Notes: generated by a model from the letters alone, not told the origin. Shown: positions 14,922 to 32,360, counted from the first letter of the stretch. The stretch is DNA of 64,000 bases from Spirogloea muscicola (GCA_009602725.1 WELB01000011.1:33912-97911), one strand, 5' to 3'. Translations and numbers: made by a program.

Positions 14922-17658
14922 AGCTGCGGAAGCGAGAGCGGGTGGAGGACTGGCGAGAGGCTGCCGCCCGATGTGCGAGTCACAGGTCCCTGATGCGGCT
15001 CATGCCCGGGGGGCACTGGCCGGCCTGGGGACCGCACATTGGCCGAAGGCCCAAAGGAGCCGGCGGGTCTCCCGCGGCGGCGGTAGCGAGGCGACGACTG
15101 CGCGCGCGGCGGCGGCGGCGGTGGCTGCGGCGGCGGCGGCGACGGCGACGGCGGACGTCGATCCCGTCGTCGTTAAGTAGCTGGCACGCCCACTTGGCAG
15201 CGAGGACGACCGTGGTCTCGCAGTCCTCCGTGCCACTGCCTGGCGAGGGCTTCTCCCTGGCCCTCGACGGCATGGTACTCGAGCTCTTTGCTTAGCCGGG
15301 GCTGCCACCACTGCCCAGCACGCATGCTGCCATCGTCCTTCCACGCCTTGAACCACTACAAGCACCAGGTTGCCCAGCGGGGCTTTCGGCGACGCCCAGC
15401 CATCGCAGCCAGCACCGAGAGCCGGCGGGCCAGTCCCAACAGATGTACAGGCGAGGCTCAGATTGGCTTTGTGTGTGGTAGGGGTTGAAACGCTCATTGC
15501 CGCTTGCACATGCTGATGCTCGCGCCTAATGCCCTGACGGGATTTAGCAATGGGAAGTGCAGCTGGTCATCTCTGCCGCTGCTGGCGCTGCTGCGCCGCT
15601 GCTTCGCCGCTGCTCGGTGCACCCTTGGCCTTGGCAGGGCCCCTTGATCAAGCAGGGTTGAAGTTAGTCGGTCAGCTTTGCGCAGGCGGCGAGCTAACTG
15701 AGGCATGCTGGGTGCGGCGACGGCATTGTTGTCCAAGGTGCTTCCAGGCCAATTGCAGTTTGGCACGCTGGCCCCCATTCATGGCCAGCTGGCTTTGAGG
15801 CTTGGGAAGGCCGTCGCCACTACTGCATTTCGCGGTGGGTCTTAAGTGCCACTGGACAGGAGTAGCCTCTACCTGGCCAGCGTGGCCGCAGCCACAGGCC
15901 AGCCTGGACGGGGCGTAGTCGGCAGTGGCGCCGCTGCCAACTAGAAGAGCCTTCCAACTGCTGGCACGGCCGACAATCGTGCTCACGCTGATGCTGCCAA
16001 TCTTCGAGGTCAATACTGTCAACTGGGGACTCTTTCGATCCTCATTCTGGAACTGGAAAGCCTTGATGTGTATGTGAGGTATATATCTATCAGCTCGGTC
16101 GTGACCCAAGATCTCTTGATCGTGTAGCAGTTGCTTCTAGTTACAGGTATATGGAGTCTATCGAACATGTGTGCGGAATTGGCAGCACGGGGATCAACAC
16201 AGATTGACGTTTAGTGATATTCATCTAGTCAATAAGTCCAAGATATGAGCCAGTCCAAGCTATTGTTGGTGGAAAGGGGGCTCAGCAGGATCTTGGAGAT
16301 CTTGGAGCACCCCGGTTCTTAAATTGCTACATACCGTCAGCTGCAGCTGCTTGCAGCCATTTCATACAGCTCCATGTCAGTAAGTCACTATCTGGCAAGT
16401 TGGGCAAGACAACATCAGATGCCTGCTTGAAGATGGCAATCATCATGCAGTGATGTAATGCTCAAAGATGACCCTTCCATTGATGTGGCAGCAACGGCCA
16501 GGAGGATCCAACTTGAGCGAGGATGCACTGCTTCATCTATCTCAAACTCAAACCACCAGAAGAGAGTCAACGAGCCAAGCTTCTGATGGACTAAATTTAG
16601 CCAGCTGAGTGATCATTCATCTTTTGTGAGAGGTTGTCAACATCCCTCGTGCATTCAGGTCTACAGAACTTGACAACTATCACGCTCTGCTTAGGCTTCG
16701 CTTGTCCTTCTCTGTGCCTGAAGTATCGCTTTGTTATGCTCGTGTACATGACCCGAAGCAGCCTGATCACAAGTCACGAGGATGGCATGGCCCAGCAGTG
16801 TGTGGTTCAAGGCTTGCTAGCCTCACACCAGTGAACTTTGATTTCTAGAGCCAGTTGCCAAACTGCGACCTTGACAGTAGACTACGAACAGGAGCCTGCA
16901 TACGGGCCACACACGTGAGGCTGAGGATGTGATCGACCTTCTGACATCATTCTTAACACATCGGGTGGGGCACACTGCTCCGCTGAGACTGTTTGTGAAC
17001 AAGTTACAAGCCCTTCTTGCCTGCAAAGCCTAGATAACCTGTTGCAGTGTCTGTGTCCGTTGCTCATCCATCCTAAGCAGCGCCACTCCATGGAGCCACG
17101 TTTCATTGTTGGAGCAATGAACAGGTCCTATAGGTGCCAGCCTACTACACAGAATCTAATGTCAAGAGCGCTGGCATGACAACGCACCCTTTACACACCC
17201 ACCTGCTTCATCTAGCTGAAAGAATAATGTGCAATACTGGTCACATCCTGCAACTACACCTGTGCAGGGGTCTTGAAGCTTCTCAGGTACACTGCTCTGT
17301 TTCCACAAGGTAAATGTGGATCATGATAAGAAGGACAAGTTGTCCGGGAAGTGATGGAGCCAGAAGGACGCATAGATGAGAGGTAGCGAGTAGAGGGACC
17401 ATGGACATCCATCAAAATTCCCATGTTGTATCGCCCTCAGTCGGTGCGCTGCCTAGAGGACGCTCCTGCAACAAGAACAGACGCTGTCAACCAACCTGCT
17501 TGCTTTGGCTGCTATATCAACATCACCACTTCGCTTTACAGCGGCCAAACAAAAAAGTGCAGACAGAAGCTAAGACTTGAACCTACATTCCATCTGCTCA
17601 TCAGCTTGCGCTCATGGATGGACACAGTGAACGACATGAGTCAGAGCACACATGTACC

Positions 17659-21287
<3,629 letters not shown>

Positions 21288-21763
21288 GGCCGCCGCCGCC
21301 GCCGCCGCCGCCGCAGCCGCAACTGTCGCCGGCGGCGCTCCGGCAGACCCCGCGAGAGCGGCGAGACGGTAAGCTGGTGATGATTGTGACGAAGCAGTGT
21401 CCGAAAGGCTGCCCGGGAGGCTTTACGACCCGGGGCCAGGCTGCCGCCCGTCGGGACCCGCGCTACATCTGGAGGTGCTCACGCCACCGTTCGCCTGCCC
21501 TTTCCAATGCCATTCGGTTGACGTTGAACGGGAGAGCGCTCCATCCGGCCGCCAGACCTGGCGATGGCGCTTAATCTGGCGGGGAGCGAGGCTGCGGCTT
21601 TGTTCCGCCGCCATTTTCGTGAGCAGGACTGCCAGCACTCTCCGCGGCGGTGGCGGCGGCGGCGGCGGCGGCGGCAAGTGCCGGCGTCGCATTCCGCTTC
21701 GTTCTCTTGGGAGAGTACGTCGCCGGACCTGCGATGCGCGGAGGCGTGGAGTGAGAAGATGGC

Positions 21764-24376
21764 ATGGGGATGGAGCGCAGGGCGGCCGCCGAAGGACTGC
21801 GCCTAGAGGTCGACGCAGAGGCGGCGGGGCTGGCGGCGGCGAGGGCGGCGGAGCAGCCGCCGCGCAGGGCCATGGGCCGCTTCAAGCCGGCGGCGCTGCT
21901 GCAGCAGAGCAAGAGGAAGAAGGGCGTGGCGCAGTCGCAGGGCCTGCTGCTGGCCGCGGTGGCGCTCCTGGCCCTCGTTGGGCTTGGCGGCCGCTACCTG
22001 TTCCTCCAGAGCCGGTGAGCCATCATGTGCCGTTCCGAAGTCTGGCAGCATTTGCCCTTTGGCTCCAGACATGGCACGGCTCCTTCACTGCCGCTGCTCC
22101 TGCATGAGCCAGGCCTAGGGGTCCACTAGCCTCCATAATGAGTGAAAGCCGGCTAGCTGAATGCTAGCAGGCTGTTTGACCCGATATTACTCACGGCACT
22201 TCATTCAAGTAATTCTGTTGTTAATCGACGGCCTGTGCTGCTGTCCTTGACACAGTGAGAATGCCTCCATTCGGTCACAGTCATGTTACTATTTCCTGAC
22301 AAGGAATGACTGTTCCTTCTCATAGACACTACAGCTTGGCAAGCACGCTGCTGCTTCCTGATCTCGTCTCTGTGGTTGACTTTGTTGACGTTTTCTCTTC
22401 AAACAGGGATGGGCGCGGCAGTCTGGGAGGAGGACCTGCCGCGGTAAGCTGCGGAGAATTGTCGGCTCCTTGGTGGCTCGTGTCTCTTGTGAATGAGCTT
22501 CTGGGGTTGTACTGATGTTTGCTCGACTCAGAGCAACACCTTAGGCCTGAGCTCTTGGTATGGCACGCGTCACTTGCTTGGACAGAGAGACTGCATATTA
22601 CACGTGCGGTACATAAGTGGAGCATACGGAAACCTCTCAATCTTGCTGCGGAATCTTTGTGTGGCTTTGTAGAACAGTCTGCTCTGCTTGGCAGCTGCTC
22701 AAGAAATTTGACATGCATGCTAAGCAGCTGCCTGCAGTTGAGGGGTGGACGTGCAGGACCATACTATGCTAGCTGATGCAGGTTCACTGCTCTGATGCAG
22801 CTGTGGAGCCGAGCAAGTGCCAGGTTGACTCCAGCTGGCACAGTACAGATGGTGAATACCTGCATCATAAGCTTGTCCTCTCTAGCTTCTGTCGCGGTGC
22901 CACATGATTGCATTGTGGAGGTCTTTTAGGAAATCTCGTGCATCCAATTGATTGTACATACAATCTCCAAAGCATGTCAGGGGTCATTACATAAGTCACG
23001 TGTAGTACGGATACCTTCCTCTGTAAAGAGAAAACTGCTGATTGAAGAATGCCTGAAAAAAATTCCAATGGTTGCTTTTGTTACGATTGTGTTTGGGGCA
23101 ATGTCAATGTTAAGCCCTGGACAGAATAGCAAACTGCCAATACATATGGAGATGCCAAGCTGTGGCTCAGCCTGCATGCTGCTCTATCTTGCAGATCATG
23201 CATACAACAAAAGGGGACTTGTATATTGAGCTGTTTGCGAAGGATTGCCCAAGAACAGTGGAGAACTTTGTGACACACGCGTGAGTACATTATCTTGGAA
23301 CCTTTGAGGGCTTCGAAGCTCGTTACGGGCAGTTGTCAACTCGGACATGACATCAGATGTGGATCTTTGAACTTCAAAAATTCGTTGAATTCTAAGAATC
23401 AAATCAACAGCCCGCACATATTCATGTCTGCTGTGCTGTACGTTGTGCTCAACAGTAAGATGGTGTTGAGACGAGCACCAACTAACGTGTGGCACATTAT
23501 GCTTGGATGTCTGAGCAGGAAGGAAGGTTATTACAACGGAGTGCATTTCCATCGGGTCATCAGAGGCTTCATGATACAAGGTGGTGATCCCAGGGGTGAT
23601 GGCACTGGAGGAGAGTCTATCTGGGGCGGGAATTTTGAGGATGAGATTCGAGACAAGTAAGTGTATTCTTCATACAGAAATGTCTTTACGATTGTCTGCA
23701 GTCAGGATTCTGAGAAGCAGCCAGCCACCTGCATTGAGGAGCTTTGCATGAAATCAGATCTCAACTGTAGCAGCTCATTGCACTTATTCATTGCCACGAA
23801 ATTGACCTGCCTGTACATTGGTCTGTGCTGGCCCCAGCTTGAAGCACGAGCCTTTCACACTTTCTATGGCCAATAGTGGCAAAGACACGAATGGATCCCA
23901 GTTCTTCATCACAACGGTTGCCACACCCCATCTGGATGGAAAGCACGCAGTATTTGGGAAGGTCTTTGCTGGCATGGAAGTGGTACAGGTATATATCTGA
24001 AGAGTTACCCTGCATCTACTCTTCCTTGGTTTTATCTGGCACAGGACTTGCATATGTGAGTCGGCAATGCATAGATGCAGGAGTTGTTTGCAGCAAGTAA
24101 GTCCAGAACGCGCTTCAGTCTACAATACTTAGCGCTCTGTAATCACAACAGTAAGCATGCTAAGGAAGCATCAACCTGGCACTTTGACTGCTTAATGACA
24201 GTGTTGCTGGTCTGTGCGAGGGCTACATAGGTCCGAAGTGCTCAGAAAAGTACCAGGGCTTTGAACTTACTGATGATGTGCTTTGAACATTATCACAGGA
24301 TATTGAGAACGTGGCCACAGATGGAAACGACAAGCCCCTGGAGGCTGTGCTGATCAGTAGCATCACAGTCTTGTGA
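21764..24376 (+). CDS. Cyclophilin-type PPIase with N-terminal membrane anchor (CYP21-4-like); start may instead be 21872
   Basis: [18 protein letters not shown] followed by a TM helix; [14 protein letters not shown]...[47 protein letters not shown]. Confidence 0.88.
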
Positions 24377-25750
24377 GCAGCCAAATTTGGGATGTCTTCT
24401 GACAAAATACCAGCTTTGAGACTGCTGGATACTCGAAGTGCTACTGCATCGGCCAAACCTTGTCAGAAGCACAAGCACAATGCTTGCCAGCAAGAAACAG
24501 ACTCTTTGTACGGCAAGTTGTTGTGCAGACTCAGTGTTGTGTTTTAGAAGTAAGGATACCGCGCCTCTACCCAAGACGCGGCGATGTGGAGAGGAACTCA
24601 TCACCGGCTTCCGCGCATCCTAAATCCTCTGTGGCAATAACGTCATCTCCTTGTCGAGCACAGCTTGCAAGGCGTCAGTGTGCCTTGTCAACGGCCGGTG
24701 CATGAGATGGGTCAAGAGGCCCCAGCTAACAAGGACGAGGAAGGAGCGACCTCCACAGCTGCGGCGGCCAGGATTGGAGGGTGGAGTCCCATTTGTCCTT
24801 GTCATTACCTCCTGCTTTGGCCTTCCACAGCCATCGCCCTTTCCTCCGCTCTTCCATCTTATGGCTGTGAGAGGCCAGCCCAAGAGGAACGAACAGGGTG
24901 TGCAGTGTCTTGAGATCTCTGTTCATTCTTGTCAAGGGCTGGGCCAATAGGGAAGGCGCGCGGTGCGCATGAAATTGAAAGGGAGGCCAATTCTAGCCTT
25001 ACAGATGTCCTGTTAACGGGAAAATGAGCTAGCTAAGGTGGACACTAAATATCCCCGAGTGAGCACATGCATATCTGACAAGCTAAGCTGAGGAGCCATG
25101 TTACCACCATGGAAGCCAATAACAGCCATCGCCCTCTACTGGCCATTGGCCATGGATTGGCCTACGTTTGTTTCAAATACACGAAATTTTCTACTGGAAG
25201 AGCCTTCCCTTCTCTTAGAGCCCGCTGCCCCTTGGGAGAACCACTTTCTGGAGAGCTTTCTCTCTTGACGAGAGCTTCACTTTCCTTCTTCAGAGAAGGC
25301 GCGCGGTGCGCATGAAATTGAAAGGGAGGCCAATCCTAGCCTTACAAATGTCATTTTAACTGGGTAATGAGCTGGCTCAGATTGCCAAACACACCCCTAA
25401 CACGGTGCTGTCTCAAACCCAAAGCCCCTCAGCGCCAGCCCTTCGACGGCCCCCTTCTTCTTGGGCTTCTTGTACTCTGCTCATTCTTTTTTGGGCTGGC
25501 TGTGCCAGCCCCTAATCCTCAATGGGCGAGCCCTTTCTTCTTTCTTCTTCGACGGCCGCCCCACTGGCGGCTCGCTGCCAAGCCGGGCCCAGTCACGAGG
25601 GCCCGGCTATACTGCCGGGGTTTGGGTTTCCGGAGCCGCGGGCCGCGCCGGGAGCCGCGCCGCCGAGTGCGGCGGAGGACGCGGCCGCGGGGCCTTGGCT
25701 TTGAGCCCTCGCCTCGGGGCGCCGGAGGGAGGAGCGCCGCCAGGGCGCCN

Positions 25751-26200
25751 TTCTGATACCACGCTCTAGGAGCTTGTTTTAGACCGTACAAGGATTTCTG
25801 CAGTTTGCATACAAGGTGGTCAGAATCTACTCCCTGATGGACATAGCCCTCAGGCTGATCCATATAGATTTCTTCATCAAGTTCGCCATTGAGGAAGGCA
25901 GTTTTCACATCCATTTGATGAAGCTCAAAGTTCTCCAATGCTGCTATAGCCAGTAAAACACGAATGGAAGTAAATTTCGCGACTGGAGCAAAGGTTTCAG
26001 AAAAGTCTACTCCCTCTATTTGGGAGTACCCTTTTGCTACCAAACGAGCCTTGAATCTATCCACGCTACCGTCTGCATTTCTCTTGATACGTAACACCCA
26101 CTTACAACCAATACTCTTTCTACCAGGAGGAAGAGATGTGAGCTGCCACGTTTTATTTTTGATGAGAGATGCATATTCGGCATCAGCAGCTTCCTGCCAC
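25751..26200 (-). mobile_element. Ty1/Copia LTR retrotransposon reverse transcriptase fragment
   Basis: KWVLRIK...FKARLVAKGYSQIEGVDFSETFAPVAK...HQMDVKTAFLNG...LQKSLYGLKQAPRAWY; the fragment ends at the 'n' at 25750. Confidence 0.95.
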
Positions 26201-26704
26201 ATAATAGGAATGGACAAGGTCTGAAGGAGCCGGAGTTTCGCGGCCTGCCCGCAGGTGAAACGCGAAGGGACCGCTGCAAAGAGCATCCGGAAGACGTGAG
26301 CGAGGGACCCGGCGACATGCACCTTCGTGCCGGCAGAGCCCTCGCTGCTGCCTCTGGCTCTGGCCAGGGGACCCACTTCAACGAGCCTAGCATCTCCGAC
26401 TTGCGGCTGCTTAGCAGAGGTTACTGAGTGATTCGTAGCTGCTTTGTTTTTATTTCTTAGCGCTTCCCCTGGCCCCTTTCTCGTACTCTGGTCATTCTTT
26501 ATCGGGCTGGCTTTTCCAGCCCCTGTTCTCAATGGGCGAGCACTTTCTTTTCTGACATTGAAGCCAGGCTGCTCGCCCTGCCGCCCGAGGCGGCGGGCCG
26601 CTGCTCGCCACGCAAGGCGGTGAAGCAGGTCAAGCCATATTGTGCCAAAGGCGCCGTGTACGTCGACGGCGGGCAAGGGCTGTGAAAAGCCAGCTCGAAA
26701 AGAA

Positions 26705-27740
26705 TTGACAAAGAAGAAGGATGTGCTCGCCCAGTGAGGATAATTCCGTGTGTTAGAAACAAATGTAGGCCAAATGGCCATGTACAAAGGCAAGCACATC
26801 TAAAGATCTACATAACCTACAGCAGATTGACCCGCTCAATAACCACGGGTCAAAACATAAAGGTCACTAATCGATGCATGAATACTAGATGCCAGAAACG
26901 GAGCCCTTCTGCCACCAACTAGAGCTCGCCCAGCTTTCTGGTGCAAGGCACTAGCCTGAGCACGCTGTAAACAGGCCCACTCTCGTCGTCGCAAGAGCGA
27001 CAGATATGCAGCTGGCAAGCCCATCTCAGCCGGAAACACATCTGCACGTCGAGTGTAGCCTAGATTGGCAATGTTTTGAAGGAGAGTGTGGAAACGAGGA
27101 CCCAGACAGCCAAAGATGTCGATTGCCGCTGGCATGAGCTGATCGCATTGGGGATAATCGGAGTAGTGCCGCAATTTTCTTTGTTCTGCACCGCTCACTG
27201 TGTGTCCAGCGCTGTGTGTTGATGCTGGGCCTTCATATGCCTCCGCAACAACAACGTCGACTAGGGCCCGTGGTCCTCCACCAGGTTGCTCGCCCACAAT
27301 GTCAAGTGTGCGGCGAGATGACGTCCCTGGGCGTCCGTGGTGATAGGCATGTTATTGTTGACTTCCACGACCGCACGGTAGCCGGCGTCGCGCAGCAAGC
27401 CCGCCAAGGTATCGCGAAGGAGGTTGTGAATGCCCACCACTTCTGGTCCAGTGGGGCATCTCAGCATGTGAGCGGCGAGCACAGCACCCTCTGCACGGAA
27501 GCCGCACTCGCACTGGCGCACCCCAATCAGGCAGTTAGGTGGGAGGCCGAGGAAGAGTTGAAGCGATGTCCGAATGGCCTCGGAGCTGATGCTGAAGGCG
27601 TTGGCGACGGGGGGAGAGGTGATCCAGTCAGTGGCACCAGGTGTGGCCAGAGAAGTAAGTCTTGCCAAGCTCCTTGGATTGTTCTGAATCTCTGGCAGCC
27701 TCCTCAACCTTCTGCGGCGTTCGTCTTCCACTGCCGTAAA
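26705..27740 (-). mobile_element. CRE-like non-LTR retrotransposon, 3' part (zinc knuckle + restriction-like endonuclease), frameshifted
   Basis: CECG-x9-HMLRC; GIHNLLRD; LDIV...LVDVVV...EQRKLRHY; PAAIDIFGCLG; LQRAQA; stop at 26836 followed by 3' UTR. Confidence 0.8.
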
Positions 27741-30177
27741 GGATAGGGGCTGCGAAAGCCAGCTCAAAAAAGAATGGACAAAGTACGAGAAGGGGGCCAG
27801 GGGAAGCGCTAAGAAATACAAGCACAAATAGAAACAAAGCAGCTACGAATCACTCAGTAACCCCTGATAAGCAACCGCAGATCGAAGATGCTGGGCTCCT
27901 GGAAGTGGGTCCCAATTGACAAAGGTTCGAAGGGGCCAAAATACGCTTAGCAGCTACGATGGGACAAGAAGAAGGGGCTGCTTAGGTTCTTCTTGTGCTT
28001 GTTGTTCTTTGAGCTTCCCCGCTTCTTCCTTTGGGCCCGTTGTGGCTCTTTGCTTTTTGTCCATTCTGCCAGCCCCTCTTTTCTATTGGCGAGCTCCTCC
28101 CCTTTGCCCCCGCAGTGCTTTGGGCTGGCCTTTCCCAGCCACCAGTCAATGTGGTCGCGCTTTCTTCCCCTGGCCCGTTCTAGTCCTTTGTTCATTATTT
28201 ATTGGGCTGGCTTTTTCTCTCCAGCCCTTCTATCTTCAATGGGCGAGCCCTTCTCTTCCGCTTTTCTTTCTGGCCGCGCATTCTCATTTCCACCCCCTGG
28301 GACGGACTCCACCTTAGAATAGTGCTTCAAGTCATGAATCTTCTGCACTAACTTTTGCTTGTACAGTGGAATGGGTTAGATGAGCCACCCTATCATTTCC
28401 TTCTCCTGTTCTGGCATCGCATCTTCAGGCCCCTTTGTAGCTGCTAAACGCTTGTAGGCCCCTCCGAACCTTTGTCGATTTCTTTTGGGCTGGCTTTTCG
28501 CAGCCCCTGCCCCCAGTGGGAGTGCCACTTCTTCTTTCATTTCATTTCATTTCATGCGCACTGCGCGCGCCTTCTCCCCCTCGGACATGTGTATAAAGAG
28601 ATGGGGAGGCCATGTGTGGCCAAGTACAAAGGCAAGCACATTGACAAATGCACGTCACCTGCTGCTAAGCCGACCCGTCAATAACCACGAGTCAGCACAT
28701 AGAGGTCGCTAACTGATGCTCGTATTCCGGATGGCAATCGACAAGCTCTCGAACTACCAGCCAAGGCTCGACCCTCGGACGGTGGGGGGACGCCCTCGCT
28801 GGCTCAGCCCCTCGTCACAACGGTGGAGGGAGAGCTGCTGTGACCTTTATGTTTTGACCCGTGGTTACTGAGCGGGTCAATCTGCTGTAGGTTATGTAGA
28901 TCTTTGGATGTGCTTGCCTTTGTACTTGGCCATTTGGCCTACATTTGTTTCTTATACAAGGAAATTCTTCCAGAGGAATGTAGACTGTCAAGGGAGACCA
29001 GCATGGGCCGCCCCACCAACGAAAGAAGTAAGTTGCATCTGAACAATGTATCGGCTTGAATTGGCATCCATTTCATTTCATGCGCCCCGCGCGCCTTCCC
29101 CCCCTGGCCATGGACATTTACGGGTGTTACGGCGGTCGGTGGTCGTTACTTTCGCTGCTGGCATCTCAAGCTGTTGACCAGCGGCGCCGGGAACAGGGTG
29201 CAGCCCTTCCTGGTGGCTCGGTGCCTTTGGATCTTGTGTCCTGCTACTGCATGCGTTTGTTGTTTGTCCCTACAGCGGTCCCAAGCGCTTGCTTTGCACC
29301 GTCGCGCTGGTCGCGCCCTTGCAGCAGCCTCTGGCTTGCGCAGCGGGGTTGCTCTTCCTCCCCTCAGCTCATCTGACGTCCTACTGCTGACCCGGGGGTA
29401 CTGAGAGCGCCCTGGCTGCCTAGCCTGTGGCTCCGTTATGAACACCTGTATGCATCTGGCTGGCTTTCACAGCTCGTTTAATATCAGCAGCCGCTTTCTT
29501 TCTAACGAAAAGGGCCTGGGCCTGCCCGTCTCGCCGCGCGCCGGGACGGAAGCTGCTGCTGAACTCGCCATGACGTTTTCAAGGAGCCTCGCCATCCGCT
29601 GCTGGCCTTCCCCGGTGCCAGTGCAGCTCGCCTTCCTCCCGCTCTGGCCCCGTCGCCTCTTGCGCTGCTGGCTGCAGAGCTCTGCTCCGGCCTGCGCCCC
29701 GTTTGCCGAGCTACGACAATGGGGTTCAGCCACGTTTGCTGAGGACACTGTACTTTCACCTGCCAAGTACTCACAATTTACATGGTCATGACCCATTCAT
29801 ATCTCCCACTCAAGAAACTCAACCGTCTACGAACGGTCAGTACCAACCAGTAAGGCTACACAATCTGCATTCCAAAGATTACAGTCAAGAGTGGCTGACA
29901 CCAACATTGTATGGACTCAATTGACTCTGAGTAGAGTACTCTTGCCTGTGCAAGTTGTTTGTGTCAAATACAGAGCCTCTTGAGCTCTGACCAACACCCC
30001 TACCCAGAAAGAAAACTGCAGCTAGCTGCTCATAGAATTAAGTTGGATAGCCAACTGCACTCTGTCGACATTTTTGCACCTGGTTTGAAGACAGCCATTC
30101 CGTGTGTAGCTGCCCAAGGTGATCTCGCCTACAGTTGATACGGATCTCAGGAATGCTTGTGCAAGTCTTATCACATA

Positions 30178-32360
30178 TCAACCTTCATCAATTGTCATTT
30201 CCACAGATCTGGTGATGGTCAATGCTCTGAGACCAGCCACCTTATGCACACCCACTCGCAGACCAAGTTGTCGAGCTTGAGCTCTGGCTGCAGTCCTGGC
30301 CGACTTCCCCAAATAGGGTGACAGTCGGAATGATTTGCCCTGATCAAGAGTGCAGTGGCCCCAGCCCACCTCTTTACTAAGTTCTGCTCCTGTTGCAGTG
30401 CTCTGAAGGTCTGGTACTTGCGATGCGAAATGACGGATCATATCAGCTGACGCCCTCTCCCACAGAGGAGCGGCAGCATCTAGAAACTTTTGGGCATGAG
30501 ACACGGGCAGGAGTACGTGCCCAAGCTTGCACTCCGCTGGCCCCCGGTTGCCGTGATAATCAGAGCCCCCGACTTCGAGGAGCTTGTGCCGCACAGCCAA
30601 AGTCCCAAAATCTGGAATGTTCCAACAAAAGTGGTCAGTCAAGTTGCAGGACAGAAGTGTCACAAGAAGCTACATCTGCAGCAGTCAAGCTTTCAAATTG
30701 CAATCGATCAAGCTGCAGACTTCTCAACACCAGGAGCATCGACCACTTTACCGGATTGTCTGCCATCACTCCTGAAGACCTCGATGCCATGCAGTCCAGC
30801 CAGTTTGAGTTCGTCCACCAAAGCATGCACTGGACCCTTTATCGTCCAGGGATGGGCAAGGATAGCTACGCCCCCAGCTGCTGTCACAAGCTTCACAGCT
30901 TCCACAACAGCGATCTCTGCTCCGCTGCAGGGTCAACGTCAAACAGGACACTCAAGCCCCAGCTGGTGTGCGTGCGCCAGCCAAGCAGCAACACTTAACC
31001 AACTTGCTGACGCAGCAGATTGCAGGAGCGGCAGTGTCACATGCAGTCACGCTGCCTGACGGCCGAACTGACTTGGCATAAGCTGGCCCATCATCGTGCA
31101 GGTACTTTGCAAACGCATCCCGCATGTTGTCCACGTGGCCCTGCTCCACCAAGGCTTGAGCAATGTGCGCCCTCCCAGGTGCCACATCCACACCTGCCAC
31201 CTGAAGGACGTGCGTCCAGCTCAAGGGCTTGCCAAGGGCCTTCAACTTGTCCACCATCTTTCTGGCCCTCCCAAATCTCCCCTCTCGTACTTTACTCAGG
31301 CAACTCAAGAGCTTCCCGCAGTCGCAGGGGCCGCACAAACCAAAGTATGCAAGCAAATGTACAGGACCACCTCTTCTTTCGAACTGCTGCTTGAATCTGC
31401 GAACGATGCACAAGGCAAGCTCCGAGCTCTTGAACGTACGAGCTTGAGCTGGCACAAGAATGGACAACTCAAGCTCCCCTGAGCACAAGCAATCACAGAC
31501 AAGAGAGGCAATGTGGCGGAGCTATATCTGATACTGGATGGCCTTACTTGTTGCTCGGATTATCTGCTGGGGTAAAGTACGTGCTGATCTCGATGCCTGG
31601 TAGGATGCGGACTTCAACATCTGCAGCAGCTGCCAGGGCACGGCCTATGCCCGCCATGGTGTCGTGGTCTGTCAAGGCCAAAACTTTCACCTGGCAAGAT
31701 CAGCTCAGAGCGCCTCTTGCTCTGTGACTCTTACGAGGTCGAGGAGGAAGAGCTTGTGGCGTCAGTATCTCGCTGATCAGCATCATGCAAAGCGATGCAC
31801 AGCAGGCAGTGTGAGACATGGCAGCTGCTTGTGCTGCGCACTGCTGCATTGCGGCACTGCCTCGGCACGTCTTGACATGGCAACCTCGAGAAAGCGAGTG
31901 CGGCAAGAATTCTGGCGCTATCACTGGCGCCATCACCGGCGTGTTGCGCGCCAGTATGGAAGCTGGCCGTGAGACCCAAGCCGCAGGGCCTGTGCTCGGC
32001 GGGGCCTGTGCTCGGCGGGGCAGGCACAGAGCCCGGGGGCGTGCGTACCCCTCGTCTCGCAGCCTCGGCCACCAGCTCCTCGGGCGAGAGCACGCCGTCG
32101 CTGCAGGAGCTGTGCGCGTGCAGGTCCACCAGGGAGGGCGCGGGGACCAGCGCATGCTGCCGGCTGAGCTGCAGGCCGTGCAGCTGCAGTGGGGGCTCTG
32201 CCTGGCCCTCGCCATCGCTACCAGACGAGCTGGCCTCGGACCGCAACGAGCCTGCGGAGGCTCCGCCGACGTCCTGCGGCGCCGGCGGGCGGAGGCGCAG
32301 CCGCTGCGCGTCAGTCAGCCGCAGCGGCGCGCGCGCGGGCGGCGCTGTTTGGGCGGCGCC
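30178..32360 (-). CDS. PHP-domain phosphoesterase (TrpH/YciV-like); native start not visible
   Basis: VDLHAHSSCSDG; ALTDHDT; GIEIS; VHLLAY; PGRAHIAQAL; AILAHP; GIEVF; GGSDYHG. Confidence 0.9.

Larger units (their letters stand above)
24850..29450. mobile_element. Repeat island 1: nested 5'-truncated CRE-like (RLE) non-LTR retrotransposon ends on both strands
   Basis: Seven recognisable SDLxxL(T/S/I)RGY C-termini (~25050-, 26400+, 26836-, 27855-, 28680-, 28840+, 29375+), each followed by a 3' UTR module, several with a TTC-rich tail. Confidence 0.75.

Noticed and set aside
15100..16600. Possible plus-strand gene divergent from RabE
   Set aside because: A GC-rich start and some splice-like sites are present, but no consistent frame or recognisable domain could be assembled.
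25519..26799. 426-aa ORF as a single gene
   Set aside because: It is a chance read-through of CRE UTR fragments, Copia RT and sequence beyond an 'n'; only ~150 aa are meaningful.
24951..29100. Inverted GAAGGCGCGCGG..GCGCATGAAA copies as TIRs of a 4-kb DNA transposon
   Set aside because: The motif occurs seven times in both orientations, follows the CRE C-terminal peptide as a 3' UTR end, and no TSD is evident.
24850..29450. CRISPR-like repeat array
   Set aside because: Repeats are irregularly spaced, diverged and on both strands, with no cas genes, in a eukaryotic context.
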